Below are positions 17,954 through 29,302 of a stretch of 64,000 bases of DNA, piece after piece. Positions within the stretch are counted from its first letter, which is position 1; every line of letters begins with the position of its first letter. The notes under the pieces are model-generated. The model worked only from the letters and a program-made list of their open reading frames with translations. It made no database searches and was not told where the DNA came from. A program made the position numbers and the translations under genes. The DNA is from Chrysomallon squamiferum (taxonomy: Eukaryota > Animalia > Mollusca): positions 16,368,001 through 16,432,000 of the forward strand of contig CM022674.1 in NCBI GenBank assembly GCA_012295275.1. The letters are read 5' to 3'.

Positions 17954-18418
17954 ATTATTATTATTTATTTATGTAGAATGGCAATGCGCAGTCAGAAGAA
18001 AACTTAGCACAGTATTCATGGTCAAAATGCAAGTTAGGATACACAGAATATCTAGCAAGGAATTGCACAATTAACATTAGTATGATAAATTTGTGTTCAA
18101 ACGAAAGCTCATCTACATGATTTAAACAATTAGTTATTAAAACTGTGTAAACAGTGAGTGAAGCCCAACAACATGTTAGTTCCAAAAGCGAGATATCTAA
18201 GTGAAGCGGGCATACAAACCATTCTTCAACTGACACCCTGCAGTCTTCATCCTGTCTGTTTATAGATGCCATAAAATATGTTTTAACCTTCTGTTCTATG
18301 ACGTGAGAGTTCCGGCTGAAGATATTTATTTGCTTTTAATTTTTTAATTTTAATTTTAATTTTGTTTTATTATTATTATTATTTTTTTTTATCATAATTA
18401 TTTGTCATATATATATAT

Positions 18419-19487
18419 ACAGTCTCCGAAACAAGAAACACAGAATGGTTGATTTCTTAGATAACTGTTGTAAACTGACACATATACAAACTATGAATAT
18501 AATGACATTTGGTGATTCAAACCTATAGCTTTTGTTAGAGTCGCCAAAAAGCAGGTAACACAAAATAAAGGATATGATCGTGTTTATTAGCCAAAACGTC
18601 CCCGCATGCAAACCACGTTACAAGTGCATGTTCACGTGCGGCACATGAAACTTGAGGCTTGAGTTCGAGCCAGACGGCCTGTAAGAAGAGTGGTTTTGAC
18701 TCAACAACATCGTCGACAACGACATCAGTGGTGTCAAGTGCACAGAGTCTGGCCTCAATTACGATGGAGAACTGTCTGGTTTAGTGACGAGGTTCGATTT
18801 CTGCTTCATCGAGTTGTTGAAACATATCCAGTTTACAGACGTCATGGTGAACATTTTGCTGCAAACTGCATACAGGAAGCGGACAGATTTGGCGGTGATA
18901 GTGTGATGGTGTGGGCAGCAATCTCATACACTGGCAGGACCATCCTGGTTCACATCCAAGGCAACTTAACGACACAAAGACACCGATTATGAATAATGGT
19001 AACGCTGTATTCCAGCACGACAATGCGAGACCACATACAGCCAGACTCACACCAGTGTACCTGTACAACAATAACATTCAAGTCCTGCCCTGGCCCTCTA
19101 AATCTCCGGATTTGAACCATATAGAGCCATTTTGGGACGAGTTGGATAGACGACTGAGACAGCATCAACCACAGCCGCAGAATCGTGCTCAGTTGGCACT
19201 ATTACTACAGACAGTGGGCCACCATTCCACAAGATGTAATTCGTAATGTCATTACTGCCATGGGAAGAAGATGTCAGGCAGTTCTGAAATCCCACGGTAG
19301 GCACACAAGGTATTGATATTACGTTGTTATAATCTTGAAGTTTAACCTTTTAAATGTAATACCATCAATATTAATAAATTGCGAAAGTGTGTGTAAAATG
19401 TGAACATTCTGCTGCTTTCTGTTGATCCATTAGTAAAATATTCCCAATGCCAATAAAATCATCTTTTCCGTTTCTTTATGTCTGTGT
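18419..19487 (+). mobile_element. Tc1-family DNA transposon, internally deleted copy
   Basis: VWFSDE / FQHDNARPH / SPDLNHIE motifs across two frames. Ends resemble those of the 36270-37702 copy, but the N-terminal HTH region is missing. Confidence 0.9.
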
Positions 19488-19489
19488 AT

Positions 19490-19752
19490 GTGTGTGTGTG
19501 TATATATACACATACATACATACAGGTATATATGTATGTAAGTATTAATATATATGTGTATGGGTTTCTGGGTGTGTGTGTGGTGCGTGTGTGTCTGTAC
19601 GCGTACGTAAGTAGGTATTAATATGTAAGTCCATATATGTGTGTGTGTGTGTATTTGTGTGTGTATGTGTGTGTGTGTTTGTGTGTATTTTTTGTGTGTG
19701 TGTATGTGTGTGTTTGTGTGTGTGTGTGTTTGTGTGTGTTTGTGTGTGTGTG

Positions 19753-19785
<33 letters not shown>

Positions 19786-19791
19786 TGTGTT

Positions 19792-19846
<55 letters not shown>

Positions 19847-20040
19847 TGTGTGTGTATGTGTGTGTGTGTTTGTGTGTGTGTGGTTGTGTGTTTGTGTGTG
19901 TATGTGTGTGTGTGGTTGTGTGGTTGTGTGTTTGTGTGTGCATGTGTGTGTGTGTTTGTGTGTGTGTGTGTTTGTGTGTGTATGTGTGTGTGTGTGTGTG
20001 TGTACGCGTGCGTAAGTAGGTATTAATATGTAAATCCATA
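19490..20040. repeat. Compound (GT)n microsatellite flanked by a ~45-bp direct repeat
   Basis: GTACGCGT.CGTAAGTAGGTATTAATATGTAA.TCCATA occurs at ~19597 and ~20002 on either side of the GT tract. Confidence 0.85.
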
Positions 20041-20154
20041 CTTACAAAGTTACTGTTTTTAATCAGCGTTAGAAATATCCTAAGGGATTAAATAAATAAA
20101 AAGTGTTAACAATACATTATTATAAACAATGAAATGGCCCCGACCGAACTGTAT

Positions 20155-20510
20155 TCAAATAAATAATTTATCTTTCTTTACCTGTTTTGTTAATTTTAAA
20201 ATTGACTAAGCTTACACTGATCAATCTATATATGATCATGTGGGATGAATTGAAATGACTTTCCCAGCTTTGATTTGTCTTCAAAGCGATCTCGTTATTT
20301 AAAATATTCATGTTTTTTTTATTCATATAAACTAGATATTGCGTTTAGAATCAGCCTGAAATATATATGTATGTATATAGACATATATAGGTGTGAGTGT
20401 GTGTGCGTGTGCGTGTGTTTATTTATTATGTTTAGTAGTATTAGTAGTGGTAGTGATAGTAGTAGTAATAGTAGTAGTAGTAGTAGTCATATTAATATCA
20501 TCATTGTTTG
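20155..20510 (+). repeat. Direct duplicate of 6175-6530 (3' flank of the lectin unit)
   Basis: AATAATTTATCTTTCTT.ACCTGTTTTGTTA...CACTGATCAATCTATATATG is shared. Confidence 0.8.
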
Positions 20511-21185
20511 GTTACTATGAGGGTGGGGTTCAGACGGTACTTTGATCTGGGCCCAAGAGCTAAGAAGGGACCCATGGCTACCATGCGTCTGCTTGTTTCA
20601 TTCTGTTATTTCTGATTCTGAATTCTGAGAAAAATCTTTGCCTGTCTCGGGGCCCAAAAGGGGTCTCGTATAGCCTTGCAAAATTTATCTTGGAGGCCCT
20701 GCTGTCAACCATCTCCATAATTTCAATTTCTGGCAGATGAAGGAATGGGTAAGCTAAGCTAATGTCAACTGAAAGTATAAAATAACAACATTTTTTCTCT
20801 TATAATTTCAATATTTATATATGTCCATGAAATTGTGGCATATTTAGTTGTTTTTTTATATTCTTTCACATTTTTGTTTTGCTTTATATCATCCAACAAT
20901 AAGAAATACTTTTACGTTAAATTGTTTTGGAATTTCTTTAAATTTATGGTGATTTATGAATAGAGAGATTTCAAAAGACCAGGTAAAGCCAATTTTTACA
21001 TTAAATCTGATATAGGGATCCTAGGAAATGCTGCTGAAAATATGAATTTTTATGGAGTGAAAATTCCGCCGAAAAGTTATTTAAGAATGCTACTGATTAT
21101 TGCTAAATACAGAAACATTTAATCCTATACTTCAGTTTAAGTATGACCTTTCTGCAGTTCTCTCTCACTAAGAGCTTCAAAGCTC

Positions 21186-21220
<35 letters not shown>

Positions 21221-22688
21221 TTATTATTGTTGTTATTATTATTATTGATCTTGTTATTATAGATATTATTATTATTATTATTATTATTGTTGTTGTTGTT
21301 GTTTACAGAAGAAAAAGCATGTTTATGAGCCACCTCTGTCACCCGTTCCGACCCCCATTCAAGTTTTTCAGTTAAAACGTGGAACAGTAAGAAAGTGAAA
21401 AGCTGGTTACTGAAAAACAATATTACAAGGTAATGTTCTTAGAAGCAGGAACTGGATATTAGGTTTTCAAATTTATTTTTTAATGATAAGAACAAAGTAC
21501 ATAAATGTACTTAATGTAATTTCAATATATTGTTTTAATTTGTTAATAGAATCCACACTTTGCTAACAATAAATATTTTAAGCTGGTATTATTCTGTTGT
21601 AAAAAAATAGTCCAAGCACATTTTGTGTGGATCGAAATGATTGTTTAATTTAAAAAATGAAATCACTAACCTTTGTTAATAATAAATTATGATATCAGAA
21701 TTATAATTCTATTCTTTACCAATATTATCGCATTTATTGTGATATTATGCACTGACTGTGCAAAGAAAAAAAAATGCTTTCTAGACTAAGGATATGACTA
21801 CTTTTTAATGATTTATTCAGTCTGTTATGTTTTATTTACATATTTTAACAAAACAGTGTAAGTATGTTACACGATTGATTAAAGAGACTGTGTAGTAATT
21901 TTACATCTCTATAATTAATTCTGAATAAAAGTTTATGCAGAGGTTTGTTTCAAGAACATGTTAGATGAAAAATGTGGATTAATCATAATAGTACTGTTGA
22001 AATGTGAAATTTGGTGTGTGTGTGTGTGTGTGTGTGTGCGATTTTTGTGTGCATATGCATGTCTGTGTTTTCTTTCTTTCAGTATTATGCTCATATTTCA
22101 TTCATTTATTTCTGGGTATTTTATACATCTTATTTTACTGAAAATCTTCACACTTTGTCAGGAAGGAAAGTGATATTTTTAAATAAGTAAAACGGCAGCT
22201 AAACACACTGAACCTTTTTTCAATAATTTAATATTAGTCCAGTGATAAGAATTTTTTAGCTTCATCCTTGCAGAATGGTTCATGGTTGATTGTAGTAAAT
22301 TTAACAAAATATACAGTGTCTCAGGAAAAAGCCAGAATGTTTTTTTTTCTGTTTTTTGTTATTATTCTGTGACTACCTGTTTTAGTAATTTTATTTTGTA
22401 ATTGAAATATTATCTTTAATTCAGGTAGCTGATTTTTACTATCAGACTGAAGACAGAACTAAAACTGAAGTCTATAAACAGCATCATGGATATCACTAAT
22501 CGTCTCAAAATTATTCAATAGCAAAGATTATTTTTCTGTCTCTCTTTGTGTATAATGTATTTCTGTCTCTAACCTTATTTGAATTTATTTTCTGTCTTAC
22601 TCTTGGTTTATTTCCTTCCATCCATTTAGTGTCTCTCCAGTTGTTTCTTTATTGCCATCAGGGTGTTCCTGGGATTATTATAATTATA

Positions 22689-22757
<69 letters not shown>

Positions 22758-23299
22758 GTTGTTGTTGTTGTTGTTGTTGTTATTATTATTTTATATAATT
22801 ACTGTTATTAATGTTATACTATTGTTTTTATTATTATTATTGTTACTGATATTATTAATAGTATTGTTATTATGGTTGTTATTTTGTTCTTTTATTTTTT
22901 ATTTGTTTTATTACTGTTATTTATAATGCATCACTACAGACTGTATGACAAAATACATTAAAAAAAAAAAAAAAACAAAAAAACACCTGCTGAAATGTAA
23001 TGCATGTCAACATCAAATCTCCTGCTAGAATCTGATTCATGTGATGATAAATCTTTAACATTTACAACTAACTTTAGTTCACATTTTTTTTATTTATTAT
23101 TATATTTTTTTTTTTTTTTTTTTTTTGTGATGATAATTCGGTATTTCTTTATCAGTTTCTTGTCTGTATAAAAATGTTTGAATATTTAGGAATACACTTA
23201 TTAGTTAAAATAGCTTTTTCTATAGCACAAACATATACACCACAGTTACTGCTATCAATCTGCCTGGAATTTCAGAGTAATTAATAAAAGACCACAATG

Positions 23300-25305
23300 A
23301 AGTTTTCCATAATATATCTTACGTTCCACCATTAAATAGCTGGAAACATGAAAAATGACTTCATTGTTTTTACCTCCAAATGTATCACAGTAGTACAGTA
23401 CGTTTTTTTTAGATATATCTGTTTCAGTTATTACTCAGTGAGTGTTTCTTTCATTCAATGGAGCAACAACGTATTCATAATCAAACCATCTTTTACATAT
23501 ACTTTCTGTTACGTGAAATGTCCATCTGGGTTGGTCACTGTCACCGTTCACAAATATCTTCTGACCAAACCAACCACAATCTACCATGTGAATATGTTGA
23601 TTCTTCAGTTGTTTTTGTAGTACAGACAAGAATACATTACTGTGGCTGTTATTCAGGCAGCTATCATGTAGAAGATTGTGGTTTATGACATCTGCATTTA
23701 CAGTTATACCATCAATTTGAGTGCTAACAAAATATACCAATGATTGCATCGCTATTGGATTCTAATCAATGAAGTGTTGTCTGTGTCTCTCACTCTATTT
23801 TTGTTCGTATTAAAATGTAATATATCTAATGATACACTGTTTATTATACTCTTGTCGTCAAATGACAACAATGATCTTCATGTTTGTAAATCTGTTACGT
23901 TTATGTCATTTACAGGTTTCATTTCACAATTCTTAATTTCCAAACTATCAACTTCACAACAAACAAGAATCCACTGTCCATTATTTTCTGCAACAGATGA
24001 ATTAAGCCTATATGATGCTCCATCAAGTTCTGGCAGTTTTCACGTCATGTAATCTTGTTTGGTTCGTTTCTTGGTTGTCTAACACTTCTACAGTCTGATA
24101 CATTAACAGTTGAAGTCTTAAGTTTGTAAACACAAGAACAATGTTTTTATAACATGTTCACTCTTTCTATGAAAACTACTGAGACTTCACTCAAACCCAG
24201 GTCCTGTTTACTGTTGTTATTTGCTTTCATGATACGTTTAGTGATTCACTCAAACCCAGGTCCTGTTAACTGTTGTTATTTGCTTTCATGATATGTTTAG
24301 TGACTTCACTCAAACCCAGGTACTGTTCACTGCTGTTATTTGCTTTCATGATATGTTTAGTGAATTCACTCAAACCCAGGTACTGTTCACTGTTGTTATT
24401 TTTTCTCTGATCATTACTTTTTATGAACAAATTGGGAGGAACTTGAACGTAATTTGAATTTTTTCTCATATGTTCACTCATCAAATAAAAATAAGAGTTG
24501 AAGGGAAAGAAACTAAAAGTTATTTAATAAATATTGATTATATGAGCATAGGCAGGTATTTTTTACTGTCTTTGATTTATGAAAACTATCAAATAACTGT
24601 TGTACAGAACTGTAACCCATTGCATCAAGCTGGCACGTATGAAATGCCCATACTTATTTCCCCGGATCTTCACTGTAAACAAATATACTTACGTTATACA
24701 ATGATATTACCTTAAGCTCTTTCAGTATATTGCTAATAATTTTAGTAAAAACTCCTAAGCATTTTGCTGACCATTAATATTTGATCCCATTCCATAAGCA
24801 ACATTTAATACAACTTTGTGTAAAATATCATCTGATACCTCTTCGCAGTGTTTATTTTCATCTTTCAAATGTTGCGGTATTTGCAGTACACTTTCTTCTA
24901 CTAATTGAACTCGTAATTTTACATAATTATCAGAATATACAGTTACAGGTTCACATTTATTTTCATAAATAATTAACCATGCAAATCACTTTCTACTGGG
25001 GCTTGCATCACTGCTTTAAGGCAGCTGTCTGCTGAAAAGTACCTTGTTTCTTAAAATTATCAGGTTGCTGTTTGGATTTGGCCCGCATTTCTAATATTGT
25101 TATATTTACTTGTTTACCAATTGGCTTCTTTATCTTCCTTAAATATTTTTTTCACTTTCATACAATCTACCGCTGCCAATTTTTGCACTGAAACGGTTTG
25201 GTTTTGCAATTTTTCTGAATAATAATCCAGTCTTTGTTGGGTTCTGCCTTGCAGTCCAATATATTTGAGAATTGTAAACCTATTTTCATTTGTACTAGTT
25301 TTCAT
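23300..25305 (-). pseudogene. Degenerate intronless relic with USP(C19)-like and Ulp1(C48)-like protease domains, probably transposon-derived
   Basis: Minus-strand translation across stops: SCLKAVMQA (Cys-box-like), GQQNA*EFLLKLL (QQDAxEFL-like), YRLNSSV..NGQW (His-box-like), then LNNSHSNVFLSVL..YVVAPLNERNTH*VI..VLYYCDTFG (Ulp1 H-W..D). Confidence 0.55.
24181..24400. repeat. 60-bp tandem repeat, ~3.7 copies
   Basis: TGACTTCACTCAAACCCAGGTACTGTTCACTG.TGTTATTTGCTTTCATGATATGTTTAG units. Confidence 0.95.
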
Positions 25306-25382
25306 CTGCTCATGAATAAAATGTTCACTACTGGGAATTTCTGATGCCTATGTTTCTGTCTGTGATATGTTTCTCAATAATG

Positions 25383-25419
<37 letters not shown>

Positions 25420-26073
25420 ATATATATATATTCATTATTATTTTCTTTTTCATAAAAATGTGTAGCTTAACCGCTTTTAACTGGAAATGTAACAGTTGAT
25501 TATGCAGTTATATACATTGTTATAAATAAAGTTTCATGCAATTAATATGTTACATGAAAATGAAGTGTGTGGACTAAAAAACAAAAAGACGGTTTTTCTT
25601 TCGACTTTGCTGTAAGGAAAAGTTAAATAATGTTGATGTGATGATGTTTGTGATGATATTTATTTAAAAAAAATATATATATATTGAGATACTTTAGTAA
25701 TGATAATATTAAAATTGCCGTAAAACGACCAGTCATATTTTTTATCGTTTTTATTTTTATCCACAAAATTTGTCCAAAACTTTACCTTGAACACACTCAA
25801 TACTTGGGTGGACGACCGCGTTATTTTCTGTGCTAGTGTTTGTTATCAGCATTCCCACATACTGACACAAACCAAACAATACATTTATGATACACCAACC
25901 CTAGATACTATAAACTATAAAAATGCAAGAATATGTAAGAATATACATGAATAATTTACTTATTACCCTGTATGAAGAAATTAACATAATAAACTATGTC
26001 TGGTTTTTAGTTAAATCATTCCACAATTTACTTGTATATAAGTAGAGTTACCAAACTCGCTGGTATGTAACAC

Positions 26074-27090
26074 TGTTACGGGGCGTCTAACGCAGTCGCA
26101 TGCAACCCGTAATTAACACAGTCGTCACGTGACCAAATTAGAACCCCGTAACAGCCGTAACACTGCTCCCCCAAATTACCACTAACTATACGTACAGACA
26201 TCCCTGTATCAGATAGATAGCTACCCGCTTTGGCCCGGCAGTAACGGTATTCAGGGAACAAGGGCATATATGAATTTATATTTAGCCAATGTTAAATCAC
26301 TAGAAACACAACAATACAAGTTTAGATTTAAAGAATAATAATAGTTATTTAGTGATTAAGCTTACAACGCTTACACGGCTGTTTACAAACAGTTTCATGC
26401 CACAAAATGACTCTCACTACATAAGTGAACATACGGGGATATTAAATATGTTTATCCCTCAAGGTAAAACAGCACACCCGAAGATGTATTTGAATATGCA
26501 AGTATATGAAAATAACCTACTACTTAGTAAGATGATCAGATATCCACTATTCTACCCGCTGTTTAAGATATAATAATTACAGCTTACTTTGATTGGTCTG
26601 ATCACAGATTACCAGCCATTCTCCAACTAGTGGATACACTACTTCAAACTTTATATAGTTAAATAATATTTGTTAGAAAACCACATCAAACTACCTTTCA
26701 GTTGCTCAAACAGAGCCTTAAAACGTATAGTTATCTAAGTCAGCTGGATCTATGTAACTGTCCATCTGAGGGTTAGCCACACGTCTGTTCTGTACGGTGT
26801 AAAAACTGATTGCCCCAAACAAAACACGATCTGTGTTATTATTGCCTAGGAAGGACCACATAGCGGGTATTTTAACATAGATGTCCCAGATTGGTGACAA
26901 GACTGGTTGGAACTTTAGCAGACATAGGTACCAGGCGTATCCAAAACAACACCTCACTATAGCTTATACAAGTTTTAAGAAAAATCTAACGGCTATTACA
27001 TATTAAACATGAGACTTCTTTCTCCGTCACACTTAGGTTATATAATTCTTAAGGTTGCATATTAAAGAGCAGACTGCTGTCTCCCTTACA
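26074..27090. mobile_element. Solo LTR (~1017 bp)
   Basis: Begins TGTTACGGGG, ends CTCCCTTACA (imperfect inverted termini, TG...CA). Identical AACAC on both sides (26069-26073, 27091-27095) forms a 5-bp TSD. More GC-rich than the flanks; no credible ORF. Confidence 0.7.
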
Positions 27091-28299
27091 AACACTATGT
27101 CACTAGTGGATGTCAGAGGAGTGACAAGAACTCGTACAATGCATTATTCCATTGTAGTTTGTTTTTCTTGAATACAGGAAATATTGCTCATCTAATAAAG
27201 AAACCAAAAGTAATTGCATTTTATCAAACATATTTATTATGTTAATTGTTAATAGCATTACAATAAATTCCGTTTTAATAATTACCATTATAATGAGATA
27301 ATACAAAAATCTAAAAAATTAGTAAAATAGTAAACTCTAAATTAATATATTTCAATACAATTCAGATTTAGTATTTACTCATTTAACTAAATTATATTGG
27401 TCACACACACACACAGGCACGCACAGACACACAGACACACACAAACATATTAATAACAATTATTATATTTCTCATTTGGTATTCAAAATAAGGTTTACTT
27501 TTATGGATACTCTCACTTTTGTTACACATCTATCTGTCATATAACAAAGAAAGGTCATGTCCTCTATCTGGTATACAATAATGGATTCATCTTCCCACTT
27601 GTTGCACAATCAGCTTAGGAAATAATTAAGCAATTGATCCCTATTACGATTTACCAGAAGTCAAAACAAAAAACAGCAAAGTTTAAACAAAGCAGTTAAA
27701 TTACTGGTGATACTGGAACGTTAGTTAATTTCCCATGTCGCTAATCCCAATAAAAACAATAGCTTAATATAACCGCACTATCACGTGACTTGCACATCCA
27801 ATCAGACCAAGTATTTTGTTAATCTGATTTCCTGTTCCTGAAAGTGAAAACAAAAGCAACTTGTGGAAATGAAAGTCGTGTCTCTTATCTCTTTGTGAAA
27901 ATATATGTTTATTAGTATTAAAGGGATTTTGTCCATTTTATCAGTGTAAATTATTTCTAAAGATACGTGAGTATGCAGAATGAAATGAGAAAAGGTAAAA
28001 AGAGAAAAAAATAAGAGTAAAAATATAAGTGGAGAAAGTGAACATAAAATAATGGTAAGCAGTAGCCAAGGTGTTAAGGAAGACATCATACTGAGGATGT
28101 CAAATACACAAACAGTGAGCTTAAATGTTCATCTGCAACATTTTATCAGTCAACAACAATGTTAATAAATGTACTCCTGATTTTATCATCTATGATGATC
28201 TAGGACGGTATCCCTTTGTATTTCTATAAACGTAAGAATGATAACCTTTTCAAGGAACCTAATTTGAAAACCCAAAGCAAGATTTCCTAACAACTATAT

Positions 28300-28710
28300 T
28301 ATTTAATGCATGTTATTATTCTTCTTGGAACAACTTTGTAAAATGTATTTTAGATGATTCTGGTTTAACATATCACAACTTTGATAATGTTAAATGATTA
28401 CGTGAAACGATATCCAAAATATTACATGATCAACATCAACAATTATAGAAAAATCATATTATAACGTCTTCAAAGGATATTAATTACAACATTTTTAAGA
28501 ATGAACTGAAATTAGAAAACTAGTTTACTTTGCTGTCTCAAAAAAAAAAAAAAAACTAATATCTTATGTAAATTTGGAACCATGAATGCTAAACTTCCTG
28601 TGAAACTGGATGATGGTCTGATATTCTAATTAAAACCAGAAAATGTCATATTTGTAATCTTAACAAAATTGGAGATGAATATGACTATATATATGAATAT
28701 CACTATATAA
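28300..28710 (+). mobile_element. 3' fragment of a CR1/L2-like LINE ORF2
   Basis: SWNNFVKCILDDSGL..FKNELKLEN..LCKFGTMNAKLPV..RKCHICNLNKIGDEYDY (terminal zinc-knuckle-like motif). Absent from the paralogous flank at ~63500-63640. Confidence 0.65.
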
Positions 28711-29302
28711 AAATTAGGATCTTTATTTTTGTGTACTAGAAGATATTTTCCTTAGCTTTTTTCTTTCTTTCTTTCTATTATTATTATTACTGTATATAAG
28801 TTTTTTTTTGTATTAATAAAATTACAGAATCTAGATATACACCAGACTACACAGCAATATAGTTACACAAATTTACACTGTATTTAATTCTTCATCACAA
28901 TGAATTAGTTCACAGATCTTAGTTTGAAAATGTGGTCTGGCTCATGTATCAATAATGATACTTTTGAATTGAAAAATTAAAACTGTACACAGTATTTAAC
29001 ATAATTAAATACACTGATACAACATTACATTAAAAATGTGCACAAATGAAGCAGCTCAAACTGAAACTACATCATAAATCACTGTATTTCAGGATGAAGT
29101 ATAACATTAAGATCAACTTTGTACCGTAGAAATTACAAGCAGAATTTAGATTATTGTGTTTATTATGAACATGAGTTTTATATAAAAATACTATTTCTGA
29201 ACAACTTCAAAATGATCTCACTAGTTGATCGTTCATTTAAAGTGATAGTCTGTGTACATAATGTACAAATCCAAAAAGTTCAGTTTCATATCAAAATTTA
29301 GT

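Noticed and set aside
19545-20039. Long HT/CV-rich ORFs (also 11994-12278, 17392-17610, 22548-22811, 35399-36015)
   Set aside because: These are translations of di- and trinucleotide microsatellites.
20520-20705. GGGCCC-rich patch, and similar patches at 52305-52340 and 56830-57020, resembling hAT/MITE ends
   Set aside because: No matched TIR pair or TSD could be established by eye.
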